A stretch of DNA of 24,000 nucleotides from an uncultured Alkalilimnicola sp. (GTDB taxonomy: Bacteria > Pseudomonadota > Gammaproteobacteria > Nitrococcales > AK92). A program made the position numbers and the translations under genes. How positions within the stretch are numbered: the first letter of the stretch is position 1; every line of letters begins with the position of its first letter. The notes under the pieces are model-generated. The model was not told the origin of the DNA. It ran no database searches and saw nothing but the letters and a program-made list of their open reading frames with translations. Location: NCBI GenBank assembly GCA_937951875.1, contig CALGAN010000002.1, forward strand, positions 106,754 through 130,753. Reading direction: 5' to 3'. This document shows positions 10,101 through 19,275 of this stretch, one piece after another.

Positions 10101-11570
10101 TCAGGCGGGGATGGTGCGCTCCGCCGCCCATTGGCGCAGCGCTTCCACCGATTCGCGCATGACCACCGCCAGCGGCCGCGTCTGGCGCAGCTCGGCCAGC
10201 AGGTGCGACGTCGCCAGCGGCTGCTGGCGTTCGCGCGCCAAGTAGAGCCCGGCGACCACCGCCTGCTCGATCTCGGCGCCGGAGAACGAGGCGCTGGCCG
10301 CGGCCAGGGCGTCGAGGTCGAAGCGGGTCGGGTCCTGATCGCGCTTGCGCAGGTGGATGGCGAAGATCTCGCGCCGGGTCTGCGCGTCGGGCAGATCGAC
10401 GAAGAATATCTCGTCCAAACGGCCCTTGCGGATCAGCTCCGGCGGTAGCCGGTCGATGGCGTTGCTGGTGGCGACGATGAACACCGGCGCTTTCTTCTCC
10501 GCCATCCAGGTCAGCAACGTGCCGAGCATGCGCCGCGATACGCCGTCGTCGCCATTGCCCAGGGCCAGGGCTTTCTCGACCTCGTCCAGCCACAGCACGC
10601 AGGGCGCCATGACTTCGGCGGTCTTGAGCGCGTCGCGCAGATTGCGCTCGCTCTCGCCGATGTACTTGTCGTACAGCGCGCCCACGTCCAAGCGCAGCAG
10701 CGGCAGCTGCCACAGTCCGGCCACGGCCTTGGCCGCCAGGCTCTTGCCGCTGCCCTGGACGCCGACCAGCAGGATGCCTTTGGGCGCGTCGATGCCGCCG
10801 GCGACGAAGGCGTCCCGGCGCCGCTGCAGCCAGCGCTTGAGATTGGGCAGCCCGCCGATGTCGGAGAAGCGGGCGGTGTCGTACTCGAAGGACAGGCCGC
10901 CGGTGCCCTCCAGCAGCCGGTACTTGGCGGCCATCACTTGCGGCAGGTCGCTCTCGGTGATGGCGCCGTCGTCCTGGATCGCGCCGCGGATCAGGCGGCG
11001 GGCGTCGGTGGCGGTGAGACCGCCGAGGTTGCGAATCAAAGTGTCGAGCGTGCGGCGGTCGGTCCGCACCCGGCCGCTGCCCTGCCGCCGGGCCCAGCGC
11101 TCCGCCTCCTCGTGGACGATGCGTTCGAGTTCCGCCGCCGTGGGCAGCGACGGCTCGAAGCGCGCGGTGTAGCGGCGCAAGTCGGCGGGCATGTCCAGCG
11201 CGTGGCTGATGAACACCAAGGTGTGCGGCGTCTGCTCGTGCGCCAGCGCGATCTCCTTGATCAGCCGAATGTGAGTCGGGTCGTTCAGATAAGGGTGGAA
11301 GTCGGCGAGCAGGTAGATGCCGCCCTGCGGGGCGGCTTTGATCCGCCGCAGCAGCTCGCCGGGATCGCTGGCGTCGCCGCTGGCGGGGACGGCGATGTCG
11401 GCGCGGCGCAACCCCTCGGTGATGCTCCAGTGGTAGAGCGGCCGCCGCAGAGCGGTGATCAGCCGCTGGAACATCGCCAGCACGCGCGGCTCCTCGTGCG
11501 TTTCGATGACCAGCAGCGGAATGTGCGAGCGTAGCAGCAGTTCCAGGTCGCGGCTGTCGTTGGTCGGCAT
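10101..11570 (-). CDS. Ycf46-like AAA+ ATPase (N-terminal domain of unknown function plus one C-terminal AAA module)
   Basis: 489 aa. Walker A GVQGSGKS, Walker B VLWLDEVEK, sensor-1 VATSN, Arg-finger region ELIRKGRLDE. N-terminus DLELLLRSHIPLLVIETHEEPRV and the linker FSDIGGLPNLKRWL resemble plastid/cyanobacterial Ycf46. There is no obvious SD. Confidence 0.85.
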   Translation of the reverse strand: MPTNDSRDLELLLRSHIPLLVIETHEEPRVLAMFQRLITALRRPLYHWSITEGLRRADIAVPASGDASDPGELLRRIKAAPQGGIYLLADFHPYLNDPTHIRLIKEIALAHEQTPHTLVFISHALDMPADLRRYTARFEPSLPTAAELERIVHEEAERWARRQGSGRVRTDRRTLDTLIRNLGGLTATDARRLIRGAIQDDGAITESDLPQVMAAKYRLLEGTGGLSFEYDTARFSDIGGLPNLKRWLQRRRDAFVAGGIDAPKGILLVGVQGSGKSLAAKAVAGLWQLPLLRLDVGALYDKYIGESERNLRDALKTAEVMAPCVLWLDEVEKALALGNGDDGVSRRMLGTLLTWMAEKKAPVFIVATSNAIDRLPPELIRKGRLDEIFFVDLPDAQTRREIFAIHLRKRDQDPTRFDLDALAAASASFSGAEIEQAVVAGLYLARERQQPLATSHLLAELRQTRPLAVVMRESVEALRQWAAERTIPA

Positions 11571-11716
11571 GGTGTCGTTCGTCGAGTCGGTTTGGCGGCG
11601 GCGCCGGTTTCGCGGTGGAGCATAGCGCTGGAATCGACGGCCATCCGTTATATCCTTCCCTGGCGTTGCTGCGCACGAACTTTCTGACGATTCCTGCCCA
11701 CGGAGGCGAACCGAGC

Positions 11717-12097
11717 GTGTCCTGGTATCCCGCCATCAAGCACATCCATCTGACCGCGGTCGCCCTCACGCTCATCCTGTTCTGCGTCCGGGGCGCCTGG
11801 ATGTTGCTGGACTCGCCCATGCTGCGGCGAACCTGGGTGAGAGTGGTGCCGCACATCGTCGATACCGTGCTGCTGGCCAGCGCGATCGCTCTGGCGGTGA
11901 TGCTGCGGCAGTATCCGTTCGTGCACGGCTGGCTCACCGCCAAGGTGCTGGCGCTGGTGGCCTACATCGCTCTGGGAACGGTGGCGCTCAAGCGCGGCCG
12001 CAGTAAGGGAGTACGGCTGGCGGCGTTCGTCGCGGCGCTGGTGGTGTTCGCCTACATCGTGCGCACCGCGCTGCGCCACGATCCCTGGCCGTTCTGA
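11717..12097 (+). CDS. SirB family (YchQ/SirB2-like) small inner-membrane protein
   Basis: GTG at 11717 with GGAGG 9 nt upstream. 126 aa with four predicted TM helices. The IKHIHLTAVALTLILFCVRG...VPHIVDTVLL...GWLTAKVLALVAYIALG pattern is as in the SirB family (from memory). Confidence 0.7.
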   Translation: MSWYPAIKHIHLTAVALTLILFCVRGAWMLLDSPMLRRTWVRVVPHIVDTVLLASAIALAVMLRQYPFVHGWLTAKVLALVAYIALGTVALKRGRSKGVRLAAFVAALVVFAYIVRTALRHDPWPF

Positions 12098-13267
12098 TCA
12101 GGCGCCGTCGGGCGGTAGGAACAGCTCCAGCAGCTCGTTGAGGAACAGTCGGCCCTCGGTGGTGGGACGGATCCACTCGTCCGTCATCGTCAGCCAGCCG
12201 CGCGCCACCGCCTGTTCCACGGGCGCGGCGAACGGCTCCCACGGCAGGCCGGTGCGCGCGTGGTACAGCGCGCGGGGAAAGCCCTCGTTGAGGCGCAGGG
12301 CGTTGAGCGCGAACTCGAACACCGCGTCGGCGGGCGTCAGTCGCTGGCGGCCGCCACACGCCGCTGGCGTGCCGGCGCGGGCCAGGTATTCGCGCGGATG
12401 CTTGAGTTTCCAGGCGCGCTCGATGGTGCCGCGCTCGCAATCGGTGAGCTTGCCGTGCGCGCCGGTGCCGATGCCGAGGTAGTCGCCGAACAGCCAGTAG
12501 TTGAGATTGTGTCGGCAGCGCCGGCCCGGCTGGGCGTAGGCCGACACCTCGTACTGGGCGTAGCCGGTTCGTGCCAGTAATTCCTGACAGGCCACCTGCA
12601 TCTCGAAGAGGGTGTCGTCGTCCGGCAGCCGCGGCGGGCGGGCGTGGAACAGCGTGTTCGGCTCCAGCGTCAGCTGGTAGTGGCTGATGTGGGTGGGGTT
12701 TAGCTCGATGGCCTGTTCCAGGTCGGCGAGCGCTCCCTCCGGGCTTTGCTCGGGCAGCCCGTACATCAGGTCGAGGTTGAAATTGTCGAAACCGGCGTCG
12801 CGCGCCGCCTGCGCCGCGCGCAGTGCCTCGTCGCGGCCGTGGATGCGGCCCAGGGCGCGCAGCTGCGCCGGCGCGAAGCTCTGGATGCCGATGGAGAGCC
12901 GGTTCACGCCGGCGTGCCGATAACCCTCGAAGCGCGCCTGCTCGACCGTGCCGGGATTGGCCTCCAGGGTGATCTCGACGTCCGCCGCCACGCGCAGCCG
13001 CTCGCGCACGCCGGCGAGCAGTCGGGCGATCGCGTCCGGCGAGAACAGGCTGGGCGTGCCGCCGCCCAGGAATATCGACTGCACCTCGCGCTCGCCGACC
13101 GCGGCCACCTCGCCGTCGAGATCGCGCAGCAGCGCGTCGACGTAGGCCTGCTCGGGCAGCGCCTGCGGCGCGGCGTGCGAGTTGAAGTCGCAGTAGGGGC
13201 ACTTGCGCACGCACCACGGCAGGTGGATGTACAGCGCCAGCGGCGGCGGAGCGCTGAACCGGAACAT
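12098..13267 (-). CDS. hemW: Radical SAM heme chaperone HemW (oxygen-independent coproporphyrinogen oxidase-like)
   Basis: 389 aa starting at MFRFSAPPPLALYIHLPWCVRKCPYCDFNSH (CxxxCxxC motif). Size and the lack of a HemN N-terminal extension fit HemW. It lies directly downstream of rdgB, as in E. coli (rdgB-hemW). The track ORF extension to 13516 overlaps rdgB and is Arg-rich noise. Confidence 0.9.
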   Translation of the reverse strand: MFRFSAPPPLALYIHLPWCVRKCPYCDFNSHAAPQALPEQAYVDALLRDLDGEVAAVGEREVQSIFLGGGTPSLFSPDAIARLLAGVRERLRVAADVEITLEANPGTVEQARFEGYRHAGVNRLSIGIQSFAPAQLRALGRIHGRDEALRAAQAARDAGFDNFNLDLMYGLPEQSPEGALADLEQAIELNPTHISHYQLTLEPNTLFHARPPRLPDDDTLFEMQVACQELLARTGYAQYEVSAYAQPGRRCRHNLNYWLFGDYLGIGTGAHGKLTDCERGTIERAWKLKHPREYLARAGTPAACGGRQRLTPADAVFEFALNALRLNEGFPRALYHARTGLPWEPFAAPVEQAVARGWLTMTDEWIRPTTEGRLFLNELLELFLPPDGA

Positions 13268-13278
13268 GGGGCGGCCGC

Positions 13279-13872
13279 TCAGGTTCCGCGCAGCGCTTGC
13301 AGCAGGGCCCGCAACGCCTGACCGCGGTGGCTGAGACGATTCTTGGTCGAGGCGTCGAGTTCGGCGGCGGTCTTGCCCAGCGCCGGCAGGTAGAACAGCG
13401 GGTCGTAGCCGAACCCGCCGTCGCCGCGGGGCGCGGTCAGCACCAGCCCTTCCCAGCTGGCCTGGCAGATCAGCGGCGTGGGATCGGCGGCGTGGCGCAT
13501 GTACACCATCACGCACTGATAGCGCCCGGTGCGCCGCTCCAGCGGCGCGTCGCCCAGCTCGGCCAGCAGGCGGGCGTTGTTGTCGGCGTCGCTGGCGCCG
13601 GGGCCGGCGAAGCGGGCCGAATAGATGCCGGGGGCGCCGTTGAGCAGATCGACTTCGATGCCGGAGTCGTCGGCGATGGCCGGCAGGCCGGTGTGCTGGC
13701 AGGCGTGCCGGGCCTTGATGATGGCGTTCTCGACGAAGCTCAGGCCAGTTTCCTCCACCGGCGGCACGCCGAACGCCGATTGCGCCACCACCTCCAGGTC
13801 AGCGTCGGCCAGGATGGCCGCGACCTCGCGAACCTTGCCGGCGTTGTTGCTGGCGAACACTACCTTGCGCAT
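13279..13872 (-). CDS. rdgB: Non-canonical purine NTP (dITP/XTP) pyrophosphatase RdgB/HAM1
   Basis: MRKVVFASNNAGKVREV and GGFGYDPLFY are signature RdgB motifs. I prefer ATG at 13872. An alternative GTG at 13881 overlaps the rph stop (GTGA). Confidence 0.92.
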   Translation of the reverse strand: MRKVVFASNNAGKVREVAAILADADLEVVAQSAFGVPPVEETGLSFVENAIIKARHACQHTGLPAIADDSGIEVDLLNGAPGIYSARFAGPGASDADNNARLLAELGDAPLERRTGRYQCVMVYMRHAADPTPLICQASWEGLVLTAPRGDGGFGYDPLFYLPALGKTAAELDASTKNRLSHRGQALRALLQALRGT

Positions 13873-13877
13873 CGCCG

Positions 13878-14597
<720 letters not shown>

Positions 14598-14730
14598 AGT
14601 GGGTCCTTGTCCGCTCGTGAGGGCAGGCAAGCCTAGCACAACCGTCCGCGCCGGGGCGCGAATCCGGTTTTTTCGCTCCGGCATAATGCGTAAGATGGCG
14701 CCTTTCTTCAGCCAACCCGAGGGCAGGCAG

Positions 14731-15594
14731 ATGCTACGCAGCATGACCGCCTATGACCGCAAGGAGCGCCAGGGCGACTGGGGTCGCCTGACCTGGGAGC
14801 TGCGCTCCATCAACCACCGGTTCCTGGATGTGTACCTGCGTATGCCCGAGGAGCTGCGGCAGCTGGAACCGGCCGTGCGCGAACGTCTGGCCGCGCGGCT
14901 CAGCCGCGGCAAGGTCGAGTGCTCGCTGCGCTTCCAATCGGCCGCCGGCGGCGCCGGTTTCGAGGTCGACTGGCAGTACACCGAACAGCTGGTGTCGGCG
15001 TGCGAGGCACTGGCGCAGCGGCTGCCCGCCGCGGCCCCGGTCAGCCCGCTCGATCTGCTGCGCATGCCCGGCGTGCTCAAGGAACCGGAGCAGGATCTGG
15101 AGTCGGTGTCCCAGGCGGCGCTGGAGCTGCTGGATGAGGCCATCGACGGCCTGATCGACAGCCGCGCGCGCGAGGGCGCGCGCCTGGCCGAGCTGATCGC
15201 CGAACGCGCCAGGCGCATCGGCGAGCTGGCGGTCGAGGTGCGCTCCCGTCGGCGGGAGGTCAATGCCCAGATCCGCGAGAAGCTGATCAATCGGCTCAAG
15301 GAGCTGGAGTTGAACGCCGATCCGGGGCGGGTCGAGCAGGAGCTGGTCATGGTGGCGCAGCGCATGGACGTGGAGGAAGAGCTGGAGCGGCTGCAGACCC
15401 ATGTCGACGAGGTGCTGCGGGTGTTGAAGCGGTCGGAGCCGGTCGGGCGCCGCCTGGATTTCCTGATGCAGGAGCTCAATCGCGAGGCCAATACCTTGTC
15501 CTCGAAATCGGCCGACGCCGCCACTACTGCCGCCGCGGTGGAGATGAAGGTGTTGATCGAGCAGATGCGCGAGCAGGTTCAGAACATCGAGTGA
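14731..15594 (+). CDS. yicC: YicC-family protein (YicC N-terminal domain plus DUF1732)
   Basis: [12 protein letters not shown] start with GAGGG SD. The C-terminal [17 protein letters not shown] motif is typical of DUF1732. Divergent from rph, as in Pseudomonas. Confidence 0.9.
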   Translation: MLRSMTAYDRKERQGDWGRLTWELRSINHRFLDVYLRMPEELRQLEPAVRERLAARLSRGKVECSLRFQSAAGGAGFEVDWQYTEQLVSACEALAQRLPAAAPVSPLDLLRMPGVLKEPEQDLESVSQAALELLDEAIDGLIDSRAREGARLAELIAERARRIGELAVEVRSRRREVNAQIREKLINRLKELELNADPGRVEQELVMVAQRMDVEEELERLQTHVDEVLRVLKRSEPVGRRLDFLMQELNREANTLSSKSADAATTAAAVEMKVLIEQMREQVQNIE

Positions 15595-16233
<639 letters not shown>

Positions 16234-16335
16234 CCGCCGTCGTCAGGCGCTGCGGGATTGCGCACTTCCGGTAGCGCCCCGATGCGTCTAGAATCGATGA
16301 ATTGACCCCGAAATTCGTGTTGGAGATGTAGTTAT

Positions 16336-16614
16336 ATGGCACGTGTGACCGTGGAAGACTGCCTCGGCAACGTGGCGAACCGCTTCGAGCTGGTTCTGGT
16401 CGCGTCCAAGCGCGCCCGGCAGATTGCCAACGGGGCCGAGCCGTTCGTACCGTGGGAAAACGACAAGCCGACCGTGGTGGCGCTGCGCGAGATCGCCGCC
16501 GGCTTCGTCAACCGCCAGCTCGAGGAGCCGCTGGACGAAGGCGTTTCTGAGCAGGTGATCGGTGAAGACCCTGTCGAGGGCGTGCCGCCCCTCGGTGAGT
16601 CGGAACAACCGTAA
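16336..16614 (+). CDS. rpoZ: DNA-directed RNA polymerase subunit omega
   Basis: [30 protein letters not shown] is the canonical omega N-terminus. 92 aa. Confidence 0.96.
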   Translation: MARVTVEDCLGNVANRFELVLVASKRARQIANGAEPFVPWENDKPTVVALREIAAGFVNRQLEEPLDEGVSEQVIGEDPVEGVPPLGESEQP

Positions 16615-16627
16615 GCTCCAGGTTCCT

Positions 16628-18796
16628 ATGGGACGCGTCGAGCCGGTTATTCCCGACGACAGCGTCGCGACGGATCCCGCCCGCAAAGCGAGCGAGCTTT
16701 GCTCGCTGCTGGACAGCTACATCGAGCCGAAGCAGGTACAACAGGTATACCTGGCGTACCGCTTCGGCGCCGAAGCCCATGCCGGTCAGCGCCGGCTGTC
16801 GGGCGAGCCGTACATCACCCATCCGCTGGCGGTCGCCAAGATCCTGGCGGAAATGCGGATGGACTACCAGAGCATCACCGCCGCCATCCTGCACGACGTC
16901 ATCGAGGACACTCCGACCGCCAAGGAACAGATCGCCAAGATGTTCGGCGAGGAGGTGGCGGAGTTGGTCGACGGGGTGAGCAAGCTCACCCAGATCGATT
17001 TCAAATCCAAGGCCGAGGCGCAGGCGGAGAACTTCCGCAAGATGGTGCTCGCGATGTCCAAGGACATCCGGGTGATCCTCATCAAGCTCGCCGACCGGCT
17101 GCACAACATGCGCACCATCTGGGTGATGCCGCCGCAGAAGCGTCACCGCATCGCCCGCGAGACGTTGGAAATCTACGCTCCCATCGCCCAGCGCCTGGGC
17201 ATGAACAGCATGCGCGTGGAGCTGGAGGATCTCGGCTTCGCCGCGCTCTACCCGATGCGCTACCGGGTGCTCAAGGAAAAGCTGCGGCGCCAACGCGGCA
17301 GTCGCGGCGCGCTGATCGAGCAGGTCAAGCGCACCATCGAGGAGCGGCTGGCCGAGGCCGGCGTGGAAGCCACCGTGATCGGCCGCGAGAAGCATCTCTG
17401 GAGCATCTACCAGAAGATGCGCGCCAAGAATCAGGACTTCCAGGACATCTTCGACGTCTACGGCTTCCGGGTCATCGTCTCCGACGTCGACACCTGCTAC
17501 CGGGTGCTCGGCCTGCTGCACAGCCTCTACAAGCCCAAGCCCGGCCGCATCAAGGACTACATCGCCATTCCCAAGGCCAACGGCTATCAATCGCTGCACA
17601 CCAGCCTGATCGGGCCGCGGCGCATGCGCATCGAGGCGCAGGTGCGCACGGTCGAGATGGACAAGATGGCCGAGAACGGCATCGCCGCGCACTGGATGTA
17701 CAAGGAAAACGAGGCGGTCAGCAACACCGCCCAGATGCGCGCGCGCGAGTGGATTCGCGGCCTGCTGGAGATGCAGCGCAGCACCGGCAATCCGCTGGAG
17801 TTCATCGAGAACGTCAAGATCGATCTGCAGCCCGACGAGGTGTACGTGTTCACCCCGAAGGGCGACATCATGAAGCTGCCGCGCGGCGCCACCGTCATCG
17901 ACTTCGCCTACGCCGTGCACTCCGACGTCGGCGACGGCTGCATCGCCGCCATGGTCGATCACCGCCTCACCCCGCTGCGTACCGTGCTCTCCACTGGCCA
18001 GACCGTGGAAATCATCACCGCGCCGGGCGCGCGGCCCAACCCGGCTTGGCTGGACTTCGTGGTGACCGCGCGGGCGCGCGCCGCCATCCGCCAAAGCCTC
18101 AAGCGGCTGCGCGGCGAAGCCGCCGTGTCGCTGGGGCGGCGTCTGTTGGAGCAATCGCTGGCGGCGCTATCGCTGTCGCTGGATCAGCTCAGCGACGAGC
18201 AGCTCAAGCCGGTGCTGGCCAGCCTGGGGGTGAGCGATCTCAACGCGCTGCTGGAGGAAATCGGCCTGGGCCAGCGCATGCCCTGGCTGGTGGCGCAGCG
18301 GCTGTCGGGAGTCAGCGCGGACGCGGTCACGGCGGACGCCGCCCGCGCCAATCAGAAGCTGATGATTCGCGGCACCGAGGGGGCGGTGGTCACCTTCGGC
18401 CGCTGCTGTCATCCGATCCCGGGCGATCCCATCGTCGGCTTCGCCAGCGCTGGCCGCGGCGTGGTGATCCACCACCGGGACTGTCCCAACATCAAGGAAT
18501 ACCGCAATCAGCCCGACCGCTGGGTCGATGTCCAGTGGGACGACGCGGTCCAGGGCGAGTTCCCGGTGGTGATCGCGGTGGACGTGGTCAACAAGCGCGG
18601 CGTGCTGGCCGAGCTGGCGTCCACCATCGCCGACTGCGACAGCAATATCGATCAGGTGCAGGTGGGCGAGCGCGAAGGCATGGTGACCACCATCCGCTTC
18701 ACCATCACCGTGCGCGACCGCGTGCACCTGGCGCGCGTGATGCGCCGCTTGCGCGTCCTCAGCAGCGTCGTCAAGATCACCCGGCGCCGCGCGTAG
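16628..18796 (+). CDS. spoT: Bifunctional (p)ppGpp synthetase/hydrolase, SpoT type
   Basis: 722 aa from the ATG at 16628, 14 nt after the rpoZ stop. Intact HD hydrolase motif (HPLAVA...ILHDVIEDT), synthetase motif YIAIPKANGYQSLHT, a TGS domain (VYVFTPKGDIMKLPRGATVIDFAYAVH) and a C-terminal ACT-like domain. Confidence 0.93.
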   Translation: MGRVEPVIPDDSVATDPARKASELCSLLDSYIEPKQVQQVYLAYRFGAEAHAGQRRLSGEPYITHPLAVAKILAEMRMDYQSITAAILHDVIEDTPTAKEQIAKMFGEEVAELVDGVSKLTQIDFKSKAEAQAENFRKMVLAMSKDIRVILIKLADRLHNMRTIWVMPPQKRHRIARETLEIYAPIAQRLGMNSMRVELEDLGFAALYPMRYRVLKEKLRRQRGSRGALIEQVKRTIEERLAEAGVEATVIGREKHLWSIYQKMRAKNQDFQDIFDVYGFRVIVSDVDTCYRVLGLLHSLYKPKPGRIKDYIAIPKANGYQSLHTSLIGPRRMRIEAQVRTVEMDKMAENGIAAHWMYKENEAVSNTAQMRAREWIRGLLEMQRSTGNPLEFIENVKIDLQPDEVYVFTPKGDIMKLPRGATVIDFAYAVHSDVGDGCIAAMVDHRLTPLRTVLSTGQTVEIITAPGARPNPAWLDFVVTARARAAIRQSLKRLRGEAAVSLGRRLLEQSLAALSLSLDQLSDEQLKPVLASLGVSDLNALLEEIGLGQRMPWLVAQRLSGVSADAVTADAARANQKLMIRGTEGAVVTFGRCCHPIPGDPIVGFASAGRGVVIHHRDCPNIKEYRNQPDRWVDVQWDDAVQGEFPVVIAVDVVNKRGVLAELASTIADCDSNIDQVQVGEREGMVTTIRFTITVRDRVHLARVMRRLRVLSSVVKITRRRA

Positions 18797-18877
18797 CCGG
18801 GCTCGTGCGCCGCCCTCGCCGCGGCCGTTCGGCCGCGGGCGTCCATATAACCCATTGGTTAACGAAGGAGTCCACGC

Positions 18878-19264
18878 ATGGCCCGTGAGGTCGTCACCAC
18901 CGATCAGGCGCCGCAAGCCATCGGCACCTACTCTCAGGCGATCAAGGTCGGCAACACCGTTTACCTGTCCGGCCAGATTCCGCTGGATCCGGCCACCATG
19001 AACCTGGTCGAGGGCGGCATCGAGGCGCAGATCCGGCGCGTGTTCGACAATCTCCAGGCCGTGTGCCGGGCCGCCGGCGGTAGCCTACAGGACATCGTCA
19101 AGCTCAACGTGTTCCTCACCGATCTCGGCCACTTCGCCACGGTCAACGCCATCATGGCCGAGTATTTCCAGCAGCCGTACCCGGCCCGCGCCGCCATCGG
19201 CGTCGCCAGCCTGCCCCGGGGGGCGGTGGTGGAGATGGACGGCATCATGGTGCTGGGAAGCTGA
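18878..19264 (+). CDS. ridA: RidA/YjgF-family reactive enamine/imine deaminase
   Basis: 128 aa. [28 protein letters not shown] and [20 protein letters not shown] are typical of the YjgF/UK114 family. AAGGAG SD. Confidence 0.9.
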   Translation: MAREVVTTDQAPQAIGTYSQAIKVGNTVYLSGQIPLDPATMNLVEGGIEAQIRRVFDNLQAVCRAAGGSLQDIVKLNVFLTDLGHFATVNAIMAEYFQQPYPARAAIGVASLPRGAVVEMDGIMVLGS

Positions 19265-19275
19265 CGCGAGAAGCG

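Noticed and set aside
9943-11943. 666-aa minus-strand ORF overlapping the AAA+ gene and the sirB-like gene
   Set aside because: It is an alternative frame of the AAA+ gene. It is extremely Arg/Pro/Ala-rich and crosses the divergent promoter region. The in-frame AAA motifs identify the real frame.
10101-12097. Whether the AAA+ ATPase and SirB-like pair is a defence or mobile island
   Set aside because: No integrase, transposase, flanking direct repeats or tRNA, no nuclease or other effector gene, and codon usage and GC look like the surrounding core genes.
18819-18838. 8-bp GC hairpin (CCGCGGCC-GTTC-GGCCGCGG) between spoT and ridA as a terminator
   Set aside because: No U-tract follows, and ridA and recG continue closely downstream. 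At most it is an mRNA-stabilising or attenuating hairpin, which is not enough to call a terminator.
16508-18888. 548-aa (-) and 729-aa (+) ORFs overlapping spoT
   Set aside because: These are off-frame or antisense shadows of spoT, whose HD, synthetase, TGS and ACT motifs fix the true frame.
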